Origin: an uncultured Gammaproteobacteria bacterium
GTDB taxonomy: Bacteria > Patescibacteriota > Microgenomatia > Levybacterales > UBA12049
Reading direction: 5' to 3'
Length of the DNA stretch: 37,550 nt
Assembly (NCBI GenBank): GCA_964472285.1
Contig: CAYYJP010000002.1
Coordinates: 1 to 37,550, forward strand
Part shown: positions 28,606 through 34,420 of the stretch, piece after piece
Layout: every line of letters begins with the position of its first letter
Numbering within the stretch: the stretch's first letter is position 1
The notes under the pieces: generated by a model
What the model saw: the letters and a program-made list of their open reading frames with translations, nothing else
Database searches by the model: none
Told to the model about the DNA's origin: nothing
Position numbers and translations under genes: made by a program

Positions 28606-29283
28606 ATGGCTATTGAAATATCTCGTTATTTACCAACATCTACCACTCTTGATCGTTTTGATGGAAGCAGGTGGAGAATGTTTGACCTTAATGGTGGCAA
28701 TCTTGTTTTAACTCAAAATGGACAAGAATTAGTCTCTAAAAGACCAAGTGTATTAACTGATTTAAAAGGTTACAGGCACGAACTACTTAATCCTGGTATG
28801 CCAGCTTCTATGCGTAGACCATTTAGACATGGAGGAAATAGCGATGTTTATGAAGTTGGAGATACAGATCTTGTCATAAAAGAAGCAGGAAATGAGCAGT
28901 CTGTTTGGTTTTCACTTGAAAGGCTAGATTATTTATATGGTATTTGTGAAGAATCTCTCCCTCCATTTATTAGGGTACCTGAGCATTATGGTGCTTTGTT
29001 TTCAGCAAAACTAGATAGGCAATTTTTATTAATGCAAAAAGTTAATAATGGTTTTACTATTCAGGATTTATTAGATGATAATTCAAATCCTCAAAGAGCA
29101 GGTATGGTAAAGGGTGCTTTTGATAGAGCAAAATCCTTACTTGACCAAGCAATAAAGAGGCATGAGTTAGAAGATGGTTATCCACATAGATTACTTACAG
29201 ATTGGCACGAAGGAAACGTAATAGTTGATTTTGAGAAGCCAACCAATGAATATCCATTTACATTATATGTAATTGATCAATAG
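28606..29283 (+). CDS. Protein-kinase-like (APH/ChoK-type) fold protein ending just after the putative metal-binding Asp
   Basis: A glycine-rich HGGNSDVYEV segment, VIKE (beta3 Lys), an LLMQKV hinge, a TDWHEGNVIV (D-x-H-x-x-N) catalytic loop, and a terminal YVIDQ*. There is a ~70-aa unassigned N-terminal extension and no C-lobe after the ID motif. Confidence 0.5.
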   Translation: MAIEISRYLPTSTTLDRFDGSRWRMFDLNGGNLVLTQNGQELVSKRPSVLTDLKGYRHELLNPGMPASMRRPFRHGGNSDVYEVGDTDLVIKEAGNEQSVWFSLERLDYLYGICEESLPPFIRVPEHYGALFSAKLDRQFLLMQKVNNGFTIQDLLDDNSNPQRAGMVKGAFDRAKSLLDQAIKRHELEDGYPHRLLTDWHEGNVIVDFEKPTNEYPFTLYVIDQ

Positions 29284-29333
29284 TTTATTTGTTTTTTTTG
29301 ATAAGTAAACTATAATGAAAACTGTAAACTAAT

Positions 29334-29978
29334 ATGAATAAAGATATTTCTAACAAGATAGATAAGTTTTTTTCCCAGTTTTACGCAGTTAATTTTGAAA
29401 AAGGAGATATTATTCTTCGACCTGACGGAAAAATACAAAATATATTTTTACTTAAAAAAGGAAAAGTAAGAATGTATTCAATTTCCAACGATGGTCAGGA
29501 AATTACCCTTCATATATTCAGACCAGATTCATATTTCCCAATAATGCTTTCTTTAAGTGATGTTTTTGATAAATATTATTTTGAAGCTTTAGAAAAGGTA
29601 GAGGTAGTAAAAGCCCCAGCCCAAAAAGTAATAGAATTTGTTAAAAGTGATCAAGATATATTATTTGATTTAACTACACGTTTTTCCTATGCAATTTCCG
29701 GTCTTACATCAAGAATTGAAACAATGGCTTTTGAAGATGCATATAATAGAATAGCAAATCTTTTACTTTATCTTTCTCAAAAATTTGGAGAAGCAAGTAA
29801 AGATAAGGTCACAATTACTATTCCTCTGCAGCATGAAGATATAGCTAACTGGGTAGGTATTAGAAGAGAAACCGTAAGCAGGCAGTTTGATAAATTGCAC
29901 AAGGATGGAATTATAGAAAGTAAGAATAAGAAGTTGGTAATAAATCTAGATAAACTAAAAGATACACTTAAAAGTTAA
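29334..29978 (+). CDS. Crp/Fnr-family transcriptional regulator
   Basis: An N-terminal cNMP-binding beta-roll (..GDIILRPDG..IFLLKKGKVRMY..) and a C-terminal HTH (HEDIANWVGIRRETVSRQFDKLHKDGII). A TATAAT box lies at 29311-29316. Confidence 0.85.
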   Translation: MNKDISNKIDKFFSQFYAVNFEKGDIILRPDGKIQNIFLLKKGKVRMYSISNDGQEITLHIFRPDSYFPIMLSLSDVFDKYYFEALEKVEVVKAPAQKVIEFVKSDQDILFDLTTRFSYAISGLTSRIETMAFEDAYNRIANLLLYLSQKFGEASKDKVTITIPLQHEDIANWVGIRRETVSRQFDKLHKDGIIESKNKKLVINLDKLKDTLKS

Positions 29979-29985
29979 TTAAGGA

Positions 29986-30273
29986 TTATTTTTTCTTTTT
30001 CTCTTGGAAATACTTTTTAGTCATTAAAGCATATCCTCCTAAAATTACACCAAAACCAATAATAACGCCTGATTGAATAAAGTCATATTTTAGCTGTGCA
30101 CCTACAGTTACGTAATATGGTTTAGGATCTGCTTTTTGAACATATTTTCCATCTATGGTCAAATTAGTTAGCGTAATAAATGTACTAAATATAAAATAAA
30201 GTGCCCAGAGAATAATCCAAGAAGCTAAAATATAAAAAGGGTACTCATTTAATTTTTTAGGTAAACGTATCAT
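29986..30273 (-). CDS. Hypothetical 95-aa two-TM membrane protein
   Basis: Start taken at ATG 30273, one nt after the upstream gene's TAA, which implies tight coupling. It has two hydrophobic helices and a Lys-rich tail. Confidence 0.5.
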   Translation of the reverse strand: MIRLPKKLNEYPFYILASWIILWALYFIFSTFITLTNLTIDGKYVQKADPKPYYVTVGAQLKYDFIQSGVIIGFGVILGGYALMTKKYFQEKKKK

Positions 30274-30274
30274 T

Positions 30275-30538
30275 TTATTTAGGCAGTGATTCACACACCT
30301 TTCCATCCTTATCTTTATCTAAGTTAAATTTATCAACTTTTGCTCCACCATTTTTTATAAAAAAATCCTGCGCATCTTCTTGTGTAAGAAAATTTTTACA
30401 TGTAACACTAGCAGTTGGGTTAACAGAAGGGTATTTTCTTAATTTTATATATTCTGGGCCAATAGAGTAATTTAGCCAAATAAGAAATGAGAATATAAAG
30501 AAAGTAATAATACTCCAAAAATAACTATTTCTTGTCAT
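30275..30538 (-). CDS. Excalibur calcium-binding domain protein with an N-terminal TM anchor
   Basis: C-terminus CKNFLTQEDAQDFFIKNGGAKVDKFNLDKDKDGKVCESL carries the Excalibur DxDxDGxxCE motif. Confidence 0.65.
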   Translation of the reverse strand: MTRNSYFWSIITFFIFSFLIWLNYSIGPEYIKLRKYPSVNPTASVTCKNFLTQEDAQDFFIKNGGAKVDKFNLDKDKDGKVCESLPK

Positions 30539-30587
30539 TAGTATTATTAAATACCCTTTTAAGCTTTATGTCTAGAAGAATAAATAA

Positions 30588-30860
30588 TTATCTTTGGGGG
30601 ATTATCTTATCGAAATCATTAGGAGGAATATAGTATTCTTGGAAAGATAAATCGACATACCAATCCCATAATGCTTTTCTATTATCAATACTTGGTTTTG
30701 GAACATCAGCTCTATCTATCTCTACTAATACTGGGAATGCAGCTTTTGCAAGTCTTGTAGATAAGTCGTTATCAAGTTTTCTCTCTGGTCTTCTTCCAGT
30801 TTCCAATCTTTCATAAAACCCAGGAATTATTTGTACCACTTCTTCTGCAAACTTTGACAT
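30588..30860 (-). CDS. Hypothetical 90-aa protein (possibly the 3' part of a frameshifted larger gene)
   Basis: ORF only. Its reading frame stays open about 80 nt upstream of the ATG without a start codon. Confidence 0.4.
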   Translation of the reverse strand: MSKFAEEVVQIIPGFYERLETGRRPERKLDNDLSTRLAKAAFPVLVEIDRADVPKPSIDNRKALWDWYVDLSFQEYYIPPNDFDKIIPQR

Positions 30861-31138
30861 ATCATTAAGTAGGCTAATAACAGCCGCATCTTTTATTAAA
30901 CTTTTAATATCTATACCAGTATTGCTGCAATCATTAAAAGTCTTAGATAAGCTTTTTGAGCGTCTTTGCCAACCGTAAGAGTTTGTCCTTCAAGCATAGC
31001 AGTTATAGTTGTGTCCACATTGGTTTGAAGAGTATCAATAAATTTACCCAATAAGGATTTGCAAGAAGAATAAAGGGCAATTGTGTACTTTAAGCAGGTA
31101 GGTTGAGAATGGTTTAGTCTTAATCCAATAACTAGAAG

Positions 31139-31390
31139 TTATGGCATACAGGTTTTTATTTCTTGTAGAGAAAAACCCAGTCTTTTTATTTGACCTAAAT
31201 ATCTTCCCCTTGTGTGCTTATCATAATCTTTTCTTTCAAGTATAACGGTTATAAAAGGTCTAAGGTTGGGGTCTGATGTTGAATGTGGACTTTTATATTT
31301 TAAATGGCTTGAGCCAGTAGAAAGTTGCTTAGCAAAACCTAAACAAAGAAGACAGGCGATAAGTTCTTTATATCCAAATGATAGGCTCAT
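31139..31390 (-). CDS. hicA: HicA-like mRNA interferase toxin
   Basis: YKELIACLLCLGFAKQLSTGSSHLKYKSP...ITVILERKDYDKHTRGRYLGQIKRLGFSLQEI follows the HicA/YcfA pattern (GS-H plus a C-terminal basic helix). A 4-nt overlap links it to the upstream gene. Confidence 0.6.
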   Translation of the reverse strand: MSLSFGYKELIACLLCLGFAKQLSTGSSHLKYKSPHSTSDPNLRPFITVILERKDYDKHTRGRYLGQIKRLGFSLQEIKTCMP

Positions 31391-31740
31391 CTACTAATTG
31401 ATTGATGAAAAACATCAGACGAATAAGAAGCACTTACATTAATTTTCTCATCTATATCAGAACTATTGTCAGATAGGTTAATTAATCTTTTTTGTTCAGA
31501 TAAAGGTGGTACAAAACGAATTTCGTCTTGGAGTTCTTTGGGAATATCAAAATATGTACATATTAGGTCATTTACCTGAAAGTAAAGATGATTCAAGTTA
31601 TCTGCTTCAGTAAAAACATCATACTCAGGTAATTCTGCCAATAAAACACCAGAATTACTTTTAACAACAGAAACTTTAATTTTTTGAGGAAGACTCAATA
31701 AATCACTCTTATTCATGGAAACCGCCTTTCGTTGTTTCAT
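31387..31740 (-). CDS. HicB-like antitoxin candidate (N-terminal HicB/UPF0150 fold, no recognisable DNA-binding domain)
   Basis: VLLAELPEYDVFTEADNLNHLYFQVNDLICTYF resembles the HicB partial RNase H-like fold. It is translationally coupled to hicA. The start could instead be the internal ATG at 31716. Confidence 0.45.
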   Translation of the reverse strand: MKQRKAVSMNKSDLLSLPQKIKVSVVKSNSGVLLAELPEYDVFTEADNLNHLYFQVNDLICTYFDIPKELQDEIRFVPPLSEQKRLINLSDNSSDIDEKINVSASYSSDVFHQSISR

Positions 31741-31775
31741 TATGCTCTTTTAAAAATTATATGTCAAACTGGGTA

Positions 31776-31804
31776 TTGACAGCAGGTACTTAAAGCTGTA
31801 CAAT
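31776..31804 (+). promoter_or_regulatory. Consensus promoter TTGACA-17-TACAAT for the transposase
   Basis: TTGACA at 31776-31781, a 17-nt spacer, then TACAAT at 31799-31804. The ATG is 6 nt downstream, which looks leaderless. Confidence 0.6.
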
Positions 31805-31810
31805 ACTAGT

Positions 31811-32689
31811 ATGAACAAAAAGTTTACATTTAAAGATTTCCTCAAAAGGTATCCTAATGACGAAGCTTGTCTGAAAGAGATATACAACAATCGTTTCCCA
31901 GAGGGCGTTAATTGCGTTAAGTGCAAGAGACTAAGAAAATATTATCCTCTAAAAGGCAGGACTACTTTTTCTTGCGGGTTTTGTGGTACACAGATAAGTC
32001 CTCTAACGGATACAATCTTTGAAAAGTCTGCTGTTTCTTTAAGACTTTGGTTTTATGCAATGTTTCTTATGATTAAGACAAGAAGCGGTATATCAGCTAA
32101 ACAACTTGAAAGGGAGTTAGGCGTTTCGTATAAGACAGCTCATAGAATGTTTAAAATGATAAGACTACTTATGCAGGAACAGCCAACCTTGCTTGAGGGA
32201 AATGTTGAAGTTGACGAGACTTTTGTAGGCGGAAAAGGAAGAAATAGAGCAACAAAACCTCATTTCAATGAAATACCAAAAGAGGTAGTCTGGGGTGCGG
32301 TTCAAAGAGGCGGTAAAGTTTATGCAAAACATGTTGCTAATACTGGCAAATGGACGCTTTTAGAACAGATACAGCAAAACGTAGATAAAAATGCAACTAT
32401 TATGACTGATAACTGGAGAGGATACGACCAACTATCTAAATATGGATATAATCATTTTGCAGTCAATCACGGGGTATCTGAGTACGTTAGAGGCGAGATA
32501 CACACAAATACTATAGAAGGTGTATGGTCTCAGCTAAAGAGAGGAATTACAGGCGTTTATAGACATGTATCAAAAGAATACTTACAGGATTACGTAAATG
32601 AGTTTACCTTCAGATATAACTACAGGCACCTAGAAAATGGAATGTTTGACCTGTTATTTAGTCGTGTTTCGGTTGTGAAGCCCGTTTAA
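31811..32689 (+). CDS. IS1595-family (ISXO2-like) transposase
   Basis: An N-terminal transposase zinc ribbon (FPEGVNCVKCKR...FSCGFCGTQ), then a DDE-type core (VEVDETFVGGK, IMTDNWRGY, HTNTIEGVWSQLKRG). Confidence 0.85.
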   Translation: MNKKFTFKDFLKRYPNDEACLKEIYNNRFPEGVNCVKCKRLRKYYPLKGRTTFSCGFCGTQISPLTDTIFEKSAVSLRLWFYAMFLMIKTRSGISAKQLERELGVSYKTAHRMFKMIRLLMQEQPTLLEGNVEVDETFVGGKGRNRATKPHFNEIPKEVVWGAVQRGGKVYAKHVANTGKWTLLEQIQQNVDKNATIMTDNWRGYDQLSKYGYNHFAVNHGVSEYVRGEIHTNTIEGVWSQLKRGITGVYRHVSKEYLQDYVNEFTFRYNYRHLENGMFDLLFSRVSVVKPV

Positions 32690-32837
32690 GAAGCTCTAAG
32701 AAGTCTTGTTTGCCCACGTGAATATTTTGCTTAATCCGCTTTTGTATTTCTTTTCGTTTGATGTTAAATGGTGTTTTTTTCACAAAATAATTATACCATA
32801 AGTTGAAAACTTGACTTTTAACTTTCAGGATGTTAAA

Positions 32838-32868
32838 CTTGCAATCAAAGCTATTGCAAGTTTTTTTT
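32838..32868 (+). terminator. Intrinsic terminator
   Basis: CTTGCAAT (32838-32845), a 7-nt loop, ATTGCAAG (32853-32860), then a T8 run (32861-32868). Confidence 0.75.
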
Positions 32869-32872
32869 ATTG

Positions 32873-32881
32873 TGCTATAAT
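32873..32881 (+). promoter_or_regulatory. Extended -10 promoter TGcTATAAT
   Basis: TG at 32873-32874 and TATAAT at 32876-32881. The ATG at 32891 is 9 nt downstream with no SD. Confidence 0.5.
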
Positions 32882-32890
32882 AAGTTTACT

Positions 32891-33370
32891 ATGGCAGACT
32901 TTCAAAAAGCAATAAATGAATCAAAAACTTTGCTAGCATCTTTTGGTGTTGATTCTCCCCCAATTCCTTTAACAGATATTGTCGCTTCTAATGGATTAAA
33001 TATTGTATATGCTGATTTCTCAGTCATTCCAGATGGAAATAAAATTGCTGGATTTATAGATTTTAGTAAAAGCAGGATTGTTGTTAATAAAGATGATTCC
33101 CCGAATAGACAACGATTTACTATTGCTCACGAATTAGGACATTATATAATGCATCAAGATTATGTAAAAGATGAAAGTAAATATAATGTTTTACTTAGAG
33201 TTCCCCTAAGGGATAAAGGTTATACTTCAGAAGAACAAGAAGCTAATTGTTTTGCTGCCAATCTTCTTGTTCCTAAAGAATTATTAGAAAAATATAAAAA
33301 TATTCCCAATACGATTAAGGCTTCAATTTTTGCTGTTTCTGAAGATGTAATAAAATACCGCAAAATATAA
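32891..33370 (+). CDS. ImmA/IrrE-family (M78, COG2856) zinc metallopeptidase
   Basis: An HEXXH motif (TIAHELGHYIMH) followed by EEQEANCFAANLLVP, the diagnostic ImmA/IrrE pair. The start is taken at ATG 32891 rather than the TTG at 32870. Confidence 0.8.
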   Translation: MADFQKAINESKTLLASFGVDSPPIPLTDIVASNGLNIVYADFSVIPDGNKIAGFIDFSKSRIVVNKDDSPNRQRFTIAHELGHYIMHQDYVKDESKYNVLLRVPLRDKGYTSEEQEANCFAANLLVPKELLEKYKNIPNTIKASIFAVSEDVIKYRKI

Positions 33371-33380
33371 CCTCAAAAAT

Positions 33381-33806
33381 ATGACTACTGAAACATCACG
33401 TTCAACCTCTATATCCACAAGCCAACCAATACCTTTTAAGGATATTAAATCACAAGCAGAAGGAATTAATCCTTCAACAGAACTAGAATCAGCAGAGATA
33501 AATCAATCTTCGGCAGCCGAATATCAAGCACAAAAACTAGCATTAGAATTATACTCGCAGGAACAATTTTTGGATTTACAAAGATCTTGGGGAAAAGAAA
33601 TAAAACTACAAATATGGGTAGTAATTTTATTTCAAATAGGGTTTGTTCTTCTTGTAGGCTTCAATGTTAACGGATTTACAACAAACCTAAGCACTCTTCC
33701 ATATATGTATGTTTTAGTAATACTTCAAACATTAGCCAACATTGTTGCTTTAGGTTATGTAATAGTAAGATTTCTATTTCCCAGTTTTAATTCACCAAAG
33801 AAGTAA
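33381..33806 (+). CDS. Hypothetical 141-aa protein with a Ser/Thr/Gln-rich N-terminus and two C-terminal TM helices
   Basis: It begins 10 nt after the immA stop. The segments IWVVILFQIGFVLLVGF and YMYVLVILQTLANIVALGYVIV are hydrophobic helices. Confidence 0.55.
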   Translation: MTTETSRSTSISTSQPIPFKDIKSQAEGINPSTELESAEINQSSAAEYQAQKLALELYSQEQFLDLQRSWGKEIKLQIWVVILFQIGFVLLVGFNVNGFTTNLSTLPYMYVLVILQTLANIVALGYVIVRFLFPSFNSPKK

Positions 33807-33815
33807 TTTTTAACC

Positions 33816-34004
33816 TCATTTTTTTCCTATAAATACAGTAATTCCTAAATAATCAAAAATAAACCATATAATTACTCCCGCTAATAATAGCTTAACAAGA
33901 AGAGCATACGTCCATTTTATAATTCCGTATTTTCCTATCAATCTCATATCCTTGACATTTGGTATAGCAATACCTATAATTGCTTTAACAGTATCCATAA
34001 TCAT
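33816..34004 (-). CDS. Candidate 62-aa hydrophobic peptide
   Basis: ORF with one clear TM helix (LLVKLLLAGVIIWFIFDYLGITVFIG). It is convergent on the immA operon and lies entirely upstream of the plus-strand terminator at 34007. Confidence 0.3.
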   Translation of the reverse strand: MIMDTVKAIIGIAIPNVKDMRLIGKYGIIKWTYALLVKLLLAGVIIWFIFDYLGITVFIGKK

Positions 34005-34006
34005 TT

Positions 34007-34031
34007 AAGTCGGTTCGTACCCGACTTTTTT
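34007..34031 (+). terminator. Intrinsic terminator (plus-strand polarity)
   Basis: AAGTCGG (34007-34013), loop TTCGTAC, CCGACTT (34021-34027), running into a T6 tract (34026-34031). Confidence 0.55.
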
Positions 34032-34395
34032 GCTTTTTAAGTGTCATTCATATTCTTATTTTTCATACATCTACTATAACTTACGGATTCAACCCCTATG
34101 GTAAGCATTGAGGTTATACCAAGGCAAGATAGTGTTTTTCCCAAAAAAAATCCCATTCAGTTTGTTGCCAAGAACTTTTAAAGTTTTGGCTCTGAACGGG
34201 TTTTTCCCTTATTACTTAATATACTACGCTTTTATGGGGTATCTGTCAACACTTCGTGTCTACCCTTACCTGCTCAAACTACATAAGAGCCGAATAAAGT
34301 CTTCCATGTTTAATAAATATAAGTATAGTACATACATAGAATATGTTTCAAATAAACTAAAAACAAAATTAACTAAAGACATTTTTGTGTTTTTA

Positions 34396-34404
34396 TGTTA
34401 CAAT
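34396..34404 (+). promoter_or_regulatory. Extended -10 promoter TGtTACAAT
   Basis: TG at 34396-34397 and TACAAT at 34399-34404, 16 nt upstream of ATG 34421. Confidence 0.4.
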
Positions 34405-34420
34405 TTGCCTTGTTAAAAAT

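Larger units (their letters stand above)
31776..32868 (+). mobile_element. IS1595-family element, ends not resolved
   Basis: Transposase with its own promoter and a downstream terminator. I could not find convincing terminal inverted repeats or target duplications by eye, so the limits are provisional. Confidence 0.35.

Noticed and set aside
29305-29331. An 8-nt direct repeat GTAAACTA flanking the -10 box of the crp-like gene.
   Set aside because: It is too short to distinguish from chance in AT-rich DNA. It is mentioned only as context in the kinase/Crp finding.
31741-32837. Terminal inverted repeats and target-site duplication for the IS1595 element.
   Set aside because: The best candidate (ACTTAAAGCT at 31788-31797 against the reverse complement of 32691-32700, 8 of 10 matching) lies inside the promoter and stop-codon region and is too short and imperfect.
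33966-34027. tRNA-like hairpins: AGCAAT-ACCTATA-ATTGCT resembling an anticodon arm, and GTCGG-TTCGTAC-CCGAC resembling a T arm.
   Set aside because: The loop lacks U33 and a purine at position 37. The T-loop lacks A58. No acceptor or D arm can be formed. The second hairpin is better explained as an intrinsic terminator.
25519-34110. Search for a direct repeat of the tRNA-Gln 3' end (attL/attR) delimiting the island.
   Set aside because: Only weak look-alikes were found (GGATTCAACCCC near 34085, and GCTTTTTA at 25563 and 34032), which is not convincing by eye. The island borders are left undefined.
34108-34416. A 102-aa plus-strand ORF in the long spacer upstream of the FN3 gene.
   Set aside because: It starts at a TTG, has a Tyr/Phe/Leu/Lys-rich composition with no motif or promoter/SD context, and overlaps the -10 box of the FN3 operon. 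I treated it as non-coding.
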